Of a stretch of 37,817 bases of DNA, positions 9,832 to 19,186 are shown one piece after another (position 1 is the stretch's first letter; each line of letters opens with the position of its first letter). The DNA comes from Bacteroidota bacterium (GTDB lineage Bacteria > Bacteroidota > Ignavibacteria > SZUA-365): contig JAGTUZ010000021.1 of NCBI GenBank assembly GCA_018224415.1, positions 1 to 37,817 of the forward strand, given 5' to 3'. The translations under genes and the position numbers were made by a program. The notes below the pieces were generated by a model that was given only the letters and a program-made list of their open reading frames with translations, was not told the DNA's origin and searched no databases.

Positions 9832-12615
9832 GTGAACACGATCTTCGACTCACCGCAGGGAGCAGATCTCGCCACCGCGCTCGAACGCAATGCGGTTGTC
9901 TGTGTCTCCACCCAACGCCTCGCCCGTGTGCTGCGACAGGCCTGGCACGACCGCCTGCGCTCGTTGGGTCATGAGGCGTGGAGGTCTCCCGACATCCTTC
10001 CACTCTCTGCCTGGCAGCGCCGCCTGGCAGCTGCCCTCGAGATGCAACGCGCGGGGTCGGGGCGGCCTCTGCCTGTTGTGCTCACCGAACAACAGGAATT
10101 GCTGACCTGGGAACAGACCGCGAGTGAGAGTGGCGTTCTCGATGGGCTTCTGCAGCCGCTGCAGCTTGCTTCCGCGATGATGGATGCCCATGCGCTGGCA
10201 GAACATTGGGACATTCGGTCCGCCGGTGAGGATGCGTCGGTCGGCGACGCCGCTGTGTTCACCGCCGTCCGTGCACGTGCGGAGGAACGCTGGCGGAAGC
10301 TCGGGGCCGCACCGGGGACCAGCATCGCGTGGCGTGCCATCGATGCCGTGCGTGAACTCCTGGCACCGCAGGAGATCGTGTTTGCCGGCTTCGACCTTCC
10401 GCCGGACGCGGTGTTCCAGGCGACCGTCGCGGCGCTCGAAAAACGCGGGACGCGCGTGTCGGTGCTTCGTGTGGACGCTCCCGCTGGTGAGTGCCGCCTT
10501 CATCGCTACCACACTTTCGAAGACGAACTGCGGGCCGCGGCCCATTGGTGCAAGGCCTTGCTCGAACGGGGAGAAAAAGACATCGGCATCGTCATCCCGC
10601 ATCTCGATTCCGTCCGTCAGCTGGCCTCGCGGGTCTTCGCAGGCATTCTCCAGCCATCGGCACTGCTGCGCGCGCCGGGTGAGCGGCCTGAACTTTTCGA
10701 ACTTTCGCTCGGACCGCGTGCAAGCGACGAACCGCTGATCCACTCCGCGTTGCTTGCGCTGGACCTCCTTCGCCCACAGCTCCCGCTGGAGCAGTGGACG
10801 CGCGTTCTGCTGTGTCCCTTCTTCCGTGACGCAGAGAAAGCGGTTGCCATGCGCGCCATGGTGGATGCCGAACTGCGCAGGCGGGGCATGCGGGAAGCGG
10901 ATGTGGCCGATGTAGTGCAAGTGGCGGATTCCCTGCAAGCGGCGGATTCCCTGCAAGCGGCGGATTCCCTGCAAGCGGCGGATTCCCTGCATGCGGCGGA
11001 TTCGCTGCATGCGGCAGGGCGAATTCCTGTGGCCACTGGGCAGGACACACTGCTGGCGGCGTTGCGGACGCTGCCGGACAGCAGCGGGCGCCATGGCGCT
11101 GCGGAGTGGGCGGAACCCTTTGCCCGTACGCTGGACGCGCTGGGATGGCCCGGTGATCGGGGGCTGACGAGCAGGGAATTCCAGGCGCGCAGCCGCTTCC
11201 ACGAATTGCTCGACGAATTCTTTTCCCTCGATGCCGTCGCCGGCGTGCTGACCTCGAGCGAAGCGCTCACACAGTTGCGCGTCCTTGCGGTTTCGCATGT
11301 ATTCCAGGTGCGTTCGACATCCGCCCCGGTGCAGATCATGGGTGTACGCGAGACGGCGGGACTGCGCTTCCGCCATCTTCGGGTGCTCGGGATGAATGAC
11401 GACATTTGGCCGCCGGTGCCTCGTCCGTCGGTGTTCATTCCACTGGCCTTGCAGCGACGCGCTGGTGTCCCGGAATCCTCTCCCGAACGATTTCTCCAAC
11501 AGGCGCGCACACAGACGGAACTCCTGCGCCGTCTCGCACCGGAAGTGACGTTCAGTTGCGCAGCGTCGGAAGGGGACCGCGAGTTGCTGCCCACGCCGCT
11601 GCTCGGTGAGCTGCAGCCTGAAGACCAGCCGCTGCCCGGGGGTGACGTGCTCGCCGTGATAGGCGGATGCCGCGCGGGGGATCTCGAGACTTCGACCGAC
11701 GACATCGCTCCAGCAGTTACGGCGACGGAGCGCATCCGCGGTGGGACGCGCGTGCTGACGCTGCAGTCGACCTGCCCCTTCCGTGCCTTCGCCGAACTGC
11801 GCCTGCTTGCCACGCGTCCCGAGGAAGTGCAGCATGGAGTGCGCGCGCTGGACAGGGGAACCTTGATCCATGCGACTCTGGAAATATTCTGGAAAACCGT
11901 GACCGACCAGGCATCCCTGCTGTCGCTTGGCGATGACGGAGCGCGCCGCCTGGTGGAGGAAAACGTCGATCAGGCGATGGCAAAGGATCGCGCGATGCGT
12001 GTCCGCCGCATCGATCGTCATGTGATGGACGCCGAACGCGAAAACCTCATCATCCTCATGATGGAATGGCTGATGGTGGAGCGGACGCGCACACCGTTCA
12101 GCGTGGAACAGCGCGAGCGGAAGGTCACTATTACGCTGTCGGGGCTTTCGCTGGAAATGTATGCCGATCGTGTCGACCGTCTGGAGGACGGAAGCACGGT
12201 GCTTCTCGATTACAAAACGGGAAAGAAATCCGTGTATGACTGGATGACCACGCGTCCGGTCGAACCGCAGATCCCGCTGTACGTTCAGGCAATGGACAAC
12301 GACATCAAGGGCGCCGGATTCGCGCTTCTGCGGCGCGGGGACTGTCGCATTGCTGGACTGCGCAACGACGATCTCGACGCGGCGGAATTTCTTCCGGCTT
12401 CGGAGTGGCTGGCCCGGTGGGTACCCGAAATCGCTGATTGGGATGAGCTTCGTCGTCACTGGTCCGATGTGCTGCGTCGTCTTGCGGAGGATTTTCTCGC
12501 GGGCAGCGCCACCGTCGATCCCCGTGACCAAGCGAGCTGCCGCTACTGTGATCTTGCCGCACTATGCCGAGTGCACAGCAGGCGCGAGAAGGAGAGTGAC
12601 GATGCAGCAGAATGA
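9832..12615 (+). CDS. AddB/RexB-like PD-(D/E)XK nuclease subunit with Fe-S staple
   Basis: GTG start with GGAGG/AGGA upstream; degenerate helicase-like N-terminal body; QSTCPFRAFA, RGTLIH, ADRVD...LLDYKTG, PQIPLY and CRYCDLAALC (1+3 Cys arrangement of AddB). Confidence 0.85.
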   Translation: MNTIFDSPQGADLATALERNAVVCVSTQRLARVLRQAWHDRLRSLGHEAWRSPDILPLSAWQRRLAAALEMQRAGSGRPLPVVLTEQQELLTWEQTASESGVLDGLLQPLQLASAMMDAHALAEHWDIRSAGEDASVGDAAVFTAVRARAEERWRKLGAAPGTSIAWRAIDAVRELLAPQEIVFAGFDLPPDAVFQATVAALEKRGTRVSVLRVDAPAGECRLHRYHTFEDELRAAAHWCKALLERGEKDIGIVIPHLDSVRQLASRVFAGILQPSALLRAPGERPELFELSLGPRASDEPLIHSALLALDLLRPQLPLEQWTRVLLCPFFRDAEKAVAMRAMVDAELRRRGMREADVADVVQVADSLQAADSLQAADSLQAADSLHAADSLHAAGRIPVATGQDTLLAALRTLPDSSGRHGAAEWAEPFARTLDALGWPGDRGLTSREFQARSRFHELLDEFFSLDAVAGVLTSSEALTQLRVLAVSHVFQVRSTSAPVQIMGVRETAGLRFRHLRVLGMNDDIWPPVPRPSVFIPLALQRRAGVPESSPERFLQQARTQTELLRRLAPEVTFSCAASEGDRELLPTPLLGELQPEDQPLPGGDVLAVIGGCRAGDLETSTDDIAPAVTATERIRGGTRVLTLQSTCPFRAFAELRLLATRPEEVQHGVRALDRGTLIHATLEIFWKTVTDQASLLSLGDDGARRLVEENVDQAMAKDRAMRVRRIDRHVMDAERENLIILMMEWLMVERTRTPFSVEQRERKVTITLSGLSLEMYADRVDRLEDGSTVLLDYKTGKKSVYDWMTTRPVEPQIPLYVQAMDNDIKGAGFALLRRGDCRIAGLRNDDLDAAEFLPASEWLARWVPEIADWDELRRHWSDVLRRLAEDFLAGSATVDPRDQASCRYCDLAALCRVHSRREKESDDAAE
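10924..11013 (+). repeat. In-frame 18-bp tandem repeat, 5 copies (ADSLQA x3, ADSLHA x2)
   Basis: Unit GCGGATTCCCTGCAAGCG; first three copies identical, last two diverged. Confidence 0.95.
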
Positions 12616-15600
12616 CGTCGGGGCGATGGAACAGGATATCCAGGCGCGCAAGGCAGCCCTCGATCCGACGTTGTCGTTCATCGTGCAGGCGCCCGCGGGT
12701 TCCGGAAAAACGGAGCTTCTTATCCAGCGTTTCCTCGCGCTGCTGGGAGGCGTCGACGCCCCGGAAGAAATCGTTGCCATCACCTTCACACGCAAGGCGG
12801 CAGCCGAGATGCGTGTGCGTATTCTTGATGCGCTGCGCATGGCGGGCCAGACCGATGCGGAGAGTCCACACACGCGGCAGACACAAGAACTGGCGCGGAA
12901 GGTACTGCGACGGGATGCCGAAAAGGGGTGGTCTCTGCGCGAGCAGCCCAGCCGTCTGCGCCTCCTCACCATTGATGCACTCAACGGCTGGCTTGCGCGA
13001 CAGATGCCCTGGCTTTCGCGTCTGGGACCGGCCACGGCCGTGGCGGAATCATCCGATGCGATCTATCGCGACACGGTCCGGATGGTGTTGCTCGGGCAGT
13101 GCGGTGGTCCGGAGGTGCTCCCGGCGGTGCGGCGGCTGCTTGTGCACCTCGACGGACGTTTCTCCGTGATCGAACAACTGTTGTCGGAAATGCTTGCCAT
13201 CCGGGAGCAGTGGCTGGGCCTGATCGACGGTGGCCTGGGAGACGAGACGGCCCGTGACATTCTCGAAACGACGTTGCGGAATATCGTCCGAGGACATCTC
13301 ACTGCGTTGGGCGAACGCCTCGACGGACAGCTGCATGAAGAGGCCTGGATGCTCGCCCGTCATGCCGCGGCATGCCTCGAGGCGGATCCGAAGCGTGAAG
13401 CCGATGCCCTCGCAGCCGTGTTGCGCGAAGATGCACATCCTCCCGGAGCGGAAGTCGAGGACCTGCCTGCCTGGCTGGGCCTCTGCAAATTGTTGATGAC
13501 CGATGCAAACGAGTTTCGCAAACCCCGTGGCATCACCGTGCGCCAGGGTTTCACCGCAGGCGACCCGATGAAGGAACGACTGATCGTCCTGCTGGAGCAT
13601 GTGCGGGACGATGCGACGCTGCTTGGCCTGCTTGCCGGTGCACGCTCCCTTCCTGCCCCGCGTTTCGACGAAGCGCAGTGGGAAATCGTCGGAAGCATCG
13701 TGACGGTGCTGGCCGCATGCGCCGAGGAACTCCGTGCCCAGTTCACGCGCCGCGGCGTCACCGACCATATCGAGATCGCCGCGGCGGCGCGGCGTGCTCT
13801 CGGCAGTGATCTCGAACCGACGGACCTCGCGATGCTGCTCGAGTACCGCATCCGGCATATTCTTGTCGACGAATTCCAGGATACGTCCTCGGCGCAGTTC
13901 GAACTGCTTCAGAAACTCACCGCGGGCTGGAGCGCCCCTGACAGGCACACACTGTTTCTCGTCGGCGATCCGATGCAATCGATCTACCGCTTCCGCGAGG
14001 CGGAGGTTGGCCTGTTCCTCCAGGTCTGGGCTGACGGACGCATCGCCGACGTTCCGTTGCAACGCCTGCGACTGACACGGAATTTCCGGTCGCAGGGCGG
14101 CGTGGTGTCCTGGGTGAACGATCTGTTTTCCCGTATCATGCCGGCGGAAGACAATCCGGTGGAAGGTGCCGTCGCCTACGCGCCTTCCGTGGCCGTGCAT
14201 GCGGATGAAAACGATACAGTAGATATACGGATCACATATTCTGGTAATAGAAGCGAAGAGGCCCGCACTGTTGCCGCATGGGTGGCACGGGTGCTGGAAG
14301 GATCAGAATGCGGTCGGGTTGAATCCGTCGCCGTGCTCGTTCGTTCGCGCACGCATCTGGCAGAACTCGTGCCGGCGCTGCGGAAGGAAGATCTCCGGTT
14401 TCGCGCCGTGGAGATCGAGTCGCTTGCAGACAGTCCCGCCGTACGTGATCTCCTCGCCATCACGCGCGCACTTCGTGCGCCGGCAGACCGCGTGGCATGG
14501 CTCGCCGTCCTGCGCTCGCCGGTCTGCGGACTGACGCTGTCCGACCTGCACGTGCTCTGCACCGGTGACGACGGTACCCCACTGCGCGCCCTGCTCCGGG
14601 AGGAAGATCGTCTTTCCCGCGTCTCCGAAGACGGCCGTCATCGCCTCGCGCGTGTCACGCCGGTACTCGAACGTTTTGCCCTGTTGCATGGACGTATGCC
14701 CGTTCGTTCGCTGGTCGAGGGGTGCTGGCTCGCGCTCGGTGCACCCGCCCTGCTCGATGCGGAAGAACGTGATGCTGCCGCGGCTCTGCTCGGTCTGCTC
14801 GAGGCACACGAATTGGGTGGGGACATTGACGACATGGGACTGCTCGAGGAGGAGGCGGCACGGCTCTTCGCTCCGCCGGATCCCGAAGGAGACACGCGCC
14901 TGCAGGTGATGACCATCCACAAGGCGAAGGGGCTTGAGTTCGATGTGGTGATCCTTCCCCGGCTCGACGGCATGCCGCGGCGCGAATCGGAGCGGCTTCT
15001 GCTCTGGGACCGCAGCTTCGGCAGCGGAGGACTGGACTTCCTGATCGCCCCGCACCGCGCCCGGGGCAGTGCGGCGGACGCGATCTATTCGTATATCCGC
15101 GACCTTCGGACGAGGAAGGCGGCGCAGGAAGACCTTCGCCTGCTCTATGTTGCCGCGACGCGGGCAAGAAGGCGTCTGTTGCTCTCTGCGACCATGCGTG
15201 AGCGGGATGGAAAGGATGGCGCGCATCTCGGCAATCCAGCCGCACGTTCCTTTCTCTCCGCGCTCTGGCCGCTGCTCGGTGAGGAAGTGGAAGCCGGATA
15301 CAGGGAGCGGGCGGCATCGGGAGACGTGGCGCTCGCGGCTTCGGACACAGACGCTGTCGGTGTGCCCCTCCGGCGCGTGCCGGTGATATGGGATGTTCCC
15401 TCGCTTCCACCGGACACCATCCCCGCCCGGATACCGGCTGATCGCGCAACGCGTCCTGCCGAGGACGGGCCGACGGTGACGATGGCGTTTCCGGCAGGAC
15501 GGGCCGGAAGGGTCGCCCGCGCGAAGGGAATGGTTGTGCACGCGTTGCTCGCACGCATCGGGACAGAAGGCGCGGTCTTCTGGACTTCCGCCGGGACTCA

Positions 15601-16069
15601 GCACCGCGAAGTGCTGCTGCGATTCCTGTTTCAGGACGCAGGCGTCTCTTCCCCGGAGGATGCGGAACTGCGTGCGGCGGAAGCCGCCGTCGATCGGATG
15701 CTTGATGACGAGCGGGGAAGATGGATTCTCGAGGATCATCGTGAGGCGGAATGCGAAATGGCCCTGACTGGTGTCGACGGAGAGGACGTCGTATCCGTGC
15801 GAATCGATAGAAGTTTCATCACCGACGACAACGTTCGCTGGATCGTCGATTACAAGACATCGGAACACGAAGGAGCGGGGATCGACACATTTCTGGACAG
15901 CCAGACGGCTTGGTACGCGCCACAGCTCCGGCGCTATGCCAGACTTCTCGGAAAATGGGACAAGCGGCCCGTGCGCGCCGCTTTGTATTTCCCGTTGCTT
16001 CGCCACTGGCGAGAGATATCCCTGGATGAACAAACGAACGAGCTGAATGCCGGTACGGCGGTGGATTGA
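12602..16069 (+). CDS. AddA/RecB-like UvrD helicase-nuclease
   Basis: Start moved to ATG 12602 (AAGGAG upstream, overlaps addB end). SF1 motifs QAPAGSGKT, AITFTRKAA, LVDEFQD, VGDPMQSIYRFR, NFRS, MTIHKAKGLEFD, LLYVAATRA; nuclease IDR...IVDYKT...QLRRY. Confidence 0.93.
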   Translation: MQQNDVGAMEQDIQARKAALDPTLSFIVQAPAGSGKTELLIQRFLALLGGVDAPEEIVAITFTRKAAAEMRVRILDALRMAGQTDAESPHTRQTQELARKVLRRDAEKGWSLREQPSRLRLLTIDALNGWLARQMPWLSRLGPATAVAESSDAIYRDTVRMVLLGQCGGPEVLPAVRRLLVHLDGRFSVIEQLLSEMLAIREQWLGLIDGGLGDETARDILETTLRNIVRGHLTALGERLDGQLHEEAWMLARHAAACLEADPKREADALAAVLREDAHPPGAEVEDLPAWLGLCKLLMTDANEFRKPRGITVRQGFTAGDPMKERLIVLLEHVRDDATLLGLLAGARSLPAPRFDEAQWEIVGSIVTVLAACAEELRAQFTRRGVTDHIEIAAAARRALGSDLEPTDLAMLLEYRIRHILVDEFQDTSSAQFELLQKLTAGWSAPDRHTLFLVGDPMQSIYRFREAEVGLFLQVWADGRIADVPLQRLRLTRNFRSQGGVVSWVNDLFSRIMPAEDNPVEGAVAYAPSVAVHADENDTVDIRITYSGNRSEEARTVAAWVARVLEGSECGRVESVAVLVRSRTHLAELVPALRKEDLRFRAVEIESLADSPAVRDLLAITRALRAPADRVAWLAVLRSPVCGLTLSDLHVLCTGDDGTPLRALLREEDRLSRVSEDGRHRLARVTPVLERFALLHGRMPVRSLVEGCWLALGAPALLDAEERDAAAALLGLLEAHELGGDIDDMGLLEEEAARLFAPPDPEGDTRLQVMTIHKAKGLEFDVVILPRLDGMPRRESERLLLWDRSFGSGGLDFLIAPHRARGSAADAIYSYIRDLRTRKAAQEDLRLLYVAATRARRRLLLSATMRERDGKDGAHLGNPAARSFLSALWPLLGEEVEAGYRERAASGDVALAASDTDAVGVPLRRVPVIWDVPSLPPDTIPARIPADRATRPAEDGPTVTMAFPAGRAGRVARAKGMVVHALLARIGTEGAVFWTSAGTQHREVLLRFLFQDAGVSSPEDAELRAAEAAVDRMLDDERGRWILEDHREAECEMALTGVDGEDVVSVRIDRSFITDDNVRWIVDYKTSEHEGAGIDTFLDSQTAWYAPQLRRYARLLGKWDKRPVRAALYFPLLRHWREISLDEQTNELNAGTAVD

Positions 16070-16102
16070 TCTGGAAGAAGGGATTGATCTGGAAGAAGGG
16101 AT
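16063..16102. repeat. 18-bp direct tandem duplication at a convergent gene junction
   Basis: GGATTGATCTGGAAGAAG at 16063-16080 and 16081-16098, followed by a partial third copy (GGAT). Confidence 0.85.
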
Positions 16103-16118
16103 GCGATCAGCGGAATGA

Positions 16119-17081
16119 TCAGCGGAGCAGACGCACGGAGATCACGTCGAAGCGTTCGCCGGCCTCCAGCACGACATGATACGCGCCCGGTTCCATTCCT
16201 TCGGACGTCAGTATCACAATGTGTTTCCCGGCGGGGCGGGCGTCCCTGAGCAGATGTTTCAACGTCCGACCGCGTGCGTCGTACACACGCACGTGCACAT
16301 CGGCCGGGGCGGGGAGCATGAAGCGAATCTGTGTTTCATCGCGGAAAGGATTTGGTACGGCAGGTTCGAGCAGCATGATGTCACTCCGATCCGGCCGGCA
16401 GTTGGTGAGGGGCGAATCGGGAACGCCGCGCTCGCGTGCCTCCGGTGTAAAATCCTCACCGTCCCACAACAGAAAGGCGACATGGGCGCGTTCGGCAAGC
16501 TGGTCGAGACCGATGTTCTTGCATGAGAGCATCACCTGTGCCAGTTCGTCGCTCAGTGGGCCGTTCATCGCCGGAGTGATGACATGCCTGTGCCGTGTGA
16601 ACCAGTCGATGAAAATGCGCATTGCTGCCGCACGCCATTCCTCTGCACTGGAATCGATTCGGGAGGAGAGTGCATTGAAGGGTTTCTTGTTCCTCTCGGC
16701 AATGCGGGCGGCATCTCCGAGGATGCGCTGCCTGATCTGGAAATTCTTTTCGAGCAGGGTGCGGAGGGTGAGTACACTTCCGTACTCCTCTTTGTTCAGA
16801 GCCGCCTCACGCGCTGACAGATTGTTGTTGAGGTTCGCCTGCACCATGTCGTAGCGCTCGCGCAGCTGCTCGAGCAGCGCACGGTCGCGTGTGGGGATGG
16901 CCGCATCGAACTGGCTTTTCCATTGTTGCATCACCGGCAGCACACGCGCCTGCATCAACGCGGTCACTTCTTCGATCAATGCAGAACGGACCGCCCTGAG
17001 TTCATCGGGAGATTGAGCCCACAGGGCCCGACCCGGGAAAAGCGCAACGATCGCAAGCATATAGAGCAGGGAACGTCGCAT
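16119..17081 (-). CDS. Secreted protein with C-terminal T9SS type A/FlgD-Ig-like sorting domain
   Basis: Signal peptide (..ALWA/QS); C-terminal PNPFRDETQIRFML...VRVYDARGR...GKH...GAYHVVLEAG. Confidence 0.8.
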   Translation of the reverse strand: MRRSLLYMLAIVALFPGRALWAQSPDELRAVRSALIEEVTALMQARVLPVMQQWKSQFDAAIPTRDRALLEQLRERYDMVQANLNNNLSAREAALNKEEYGSVLTLRTLLEKNFQIRQRILGDAARIAERNKKPFNALSSRIDSSAEEWRAAAMRIFIDWFTRHRHVITPAMNGPLSDELAQVMLSCKNIGLDQLAERAHVAFLLWDGEDFTPEARERGVPDSPLTNCRPDRSDIMLLEPAVPNPFRDETQIRFMLPAPADVHVRVYDARGRTLKHLLRDARPAGKHIVILTSEGMEPGAYHVVLEAGERFDVISVRLLR

Positions 17082-17173
17082 CAGCGTCTACCTTTCAACA
17101 TGTGATACAGTCAGGAGTATCGTCGCACAGAATGGCGAAACGATACCGGCAAGGTAGTGCGTCCCGGACATGC

Positions 17174-17209
17174 GAGACAATGAAAAACGCGATCCCTGAA
17201 TTTGCGTTA
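17174..17209 (-). terminator. Possible weak intrinsic terminator after tonB
   Basis: Minus strand reads AACGC-N13-GCGTT followed by TTTCATT; the stem is short and the loop large. Confidence 0.3.
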
Positions 17210-18061
17210 CCGGAGTTTGAATGTGAACACCGCTGTGCCGACCTGGTCGGCCTGACGGACGTCCGGAGGCAGGGCATTGAAGCGCCAGGAACGCATGGCG
17301 TCGAGCGCGGCCCGTTCGTACCGGGGATCGCCTTTCTGGATGACGGTCATGCCGTACATCGTGCCATCGGGGCGGACGCGGAAACGGATGGCGATCTGCA
17401 ATTCCTCCTTTGCACCTGGAGGAAACACCGGGAGGACTCCCGTGATGCGGTTGCGCGAAAGACCGCCGTCCCATTGAATGTTGGCGGAAGAATGCGGCGT
17501 TGCACTCAGGGTCCCCGGATCCGAGGTCAGCGCCGGCTGCTCCGACGTGCCGCCTCCGGTCACCCGATCGGACGTCGAGCCGGAGTTCGAAAGCCCCCGT
17601 TCACGCGACTCGCTGCGGGTGTGGTCGCCGGTGGTCGGCGCGGAACTGCGCGTGCCCATGCCTGCGCCCTGATCCATGAAATCCACGGCTTCCTCGCCGC
17701 CGCGCGTCTCGCGCGGAACCACCGGTGTGGAAGGTGCGGATTGCTGTGGCGCACGTTCGCGCGCGGTGGTCCTCTCCTCGGGAGCCTGTCGCGCTGCGGG
17801 CTGGGCGACGGTTGCAGTGTTGCGTCGCACGGGAGAGGAAGAACGCTCCGCAGTTGTTGTCTCGCGCACGCGTGGACGTGTTTCAACAATGGGGGGCTGT
17901 TCGTCTGGTAACCGCGTGGTAACGAATTGCAATTCGATCTCGAGCGGTATACGACGGATCTCTGGAAACGCTGCCCAGAATATCATGATGAGCAGCAGCA
18001 GGGCATGCAGTCCGATCGAGATGCCCCAGCTTTTCGCGTCAACGCTGTTGCGTATCATCAT
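17207..18061 (-). CDS. tonB: TonB-family energy transducer
   Basis: Start moved to ATG 18061. N-terminal TM with S-x3-H motif (ISIGLHALL); long low-complexity linker; TonB_C-like PVFP...FRVRPDG...ERAALDAMRSWRF. Confidence 0.82.
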   Translation of the reverse strand: MMIRNSVDAKSWGISIGLHALLLLIMIFWAAFPEIRRIPLEIELQFVTTRLPDEQPPIVETRPRVRETTTAERSSSPVRRNTATVAQPAARQAPEERTTARERAPQQSAPSTPVVPRETRGGEEAVDFMDQGAGMGTRSSAPTTGDHTRSESRERGLSNSGSTSDRVTGGGTSEQPALTSDPGTLSATPHSSANIQWDGGLSRNRITGVLPVFPPGAKEELQIAIRFRVRPDGTMYGMTVIQKGDPRYERAALDAMRSWRFNALPPDVRQADQVGTAVFTFKLR

Positions 18062-18467
18062 TCTCTTTCTGCGTGGTGGAGATGAAAAAGCGTGTCGCTC
18101 CGAGTCCTTTCGCCTCGTCCATGACAAACACCGCGCGCTGCAGTGACACATCGGCATCGCTCGAGAGCACAATCACCTGCTTCTCGGGATCGGTCAGCTT
18201 TTCCTGTAGTGCAACACGGAATCCCTCCGCCGGCACCTCGATGTTGTTCAGGAAAATCCGTCCGTCATTGAGCAGCGCGATAACCAGCTGTTCCTGCTCG
18301 GTGGCCGTGGTGTTCTCCGCCTCGGGCAGGGTGACATTGATGCCCTCGGTGATGATGAATGACGAGGTGAGCAGAAAGAACACCAGCAGGAGCAGCACGA
18401 TATCCGTCAGGGACGAATAGCTGAAGATCGTCAGCGGCTTGTTGTCCTGTGTCAGCTGGATTTTCAT
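18039..18467 (-). CDS. exbD: ExbD/TolR biopolymer transport protein
   Basis: SSLTDIVLLLLVFFLLTS with the essential Asp; INVTLP; D..V....V.VMD.AK..G. Confidence 0.93.
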   Translation of the reverse strand: MKIQLTQDNKPLTIFSYSSLTDIVLLLLVFFLLTSSFIITEGINVTLPEAENTTATEQEQLVIALLNDGRIFLNNIEVPAEGFRVALQEKLTDPEKQVIVLSSDADVSLQRAVFVMDEAKGLGATRFFISTTQKENDDTQQR

Positions 18468-19147
18468 GACTGCTTCCCCTGTGCAGCTGCCTCACGCGCC
18501 ATCTGCGCTTTTTTTGCCGCAATCTGCGCCTTGCGCTGCTCGGTGAGAGCGATGTCGAGAAAATCATTGGAACTTGCTTCAGTCTCGAAAACGAAATGGC
18601 TCACACGGTTGACGAGATAATTGTAGAGGAAATAGGCCGGGATGCCTACGATCAACCCGAACGCAGTGGTCAGCAGCGCCTCCCAGATGCCGGAGGCCAG
18701 CAACTGCGGATTGACCACGCCCTCGTTGACCTCGATCACGCGGAAGGCCCCGATCATGCCGGTCACGGTACCGAGAAATCCGAGCAGGGGTGCGATGCCC
18801 GCCACGGAGGCGAGCAGGCCGAGTCCGCGTTCCAGCCTGTAGACTTCCATGCGCGCGGCGATCTCGATGGCGTCCTTCACCTCCTGATGCGTGCCTTTCA
18901 TCTTGAGTAGTCCGGCGCGCAGGATCCTCGAGAGCGGCGAACCGGCCTCGGAGCACATGGTCACCGCTGCCGCGACGTCACCACGGCTGAGCACGGAGCG
19001 GATCTGGAGTATGAACTTCCCTCCGTCGACCTTCACGCGTGACAGCGTGATCAGTTTCTGTACGACGATGTACGTCGCGAGCAGGGACGCGGCAAGGATG
19101 AACCACATCACGACGCCGCCTTTGAGGAAGAGATCGAACAATGTCAT
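18464..19147 (-). CDS. exbB: MotA/TolQ/ExbB proton channel protein
   Basis: GGVVMWFI; APLLGFLGTVTGMI; GIWEALLTTAFGLIVGIPA. Confidence 0.94.
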   Translation of the reverse strand: MTLFDLFLKGGVVMWFILAASLLATYIVVQKLITLSRVKVDGGKFILQIRSVLSRGDVAAAVTMCSEAGSPLSRILRAGLLKMKGTHQEVKDAIEIAARMEVYRLERGLGLLASVAGIAPLLGFLGTVTGMIGAFRVIEVNEGVVNPQLLASGIWEALLTTAFGLIVGIPAYFLYNYLVNRVSHFVFETEASSNDFLDIALTEQRKAQIAAKKAQMAREAAAQGKQS

Positions 19148-19186
19148 CGAAAACTCCGGTATGGTTGATTTGTATTGTTCACTGTT

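Noticed and set aside
9850-12531. 893-aa minus-strand ORF with RRLQGI repeats
   Set aside because: Antisense shadow of the addB-like gene; the repeats mirror ADSLQA.
14303-16033. 576-aa minus-strand ORF
   Set aside because: Antisense shadow of the addA-like helicase.
9832-16069. Anti-phage helicase-nuclease or Cas4-type system
   Set aside because: Domain order and motifs fit housekeeping AddAB-type repair; no defence-island context.
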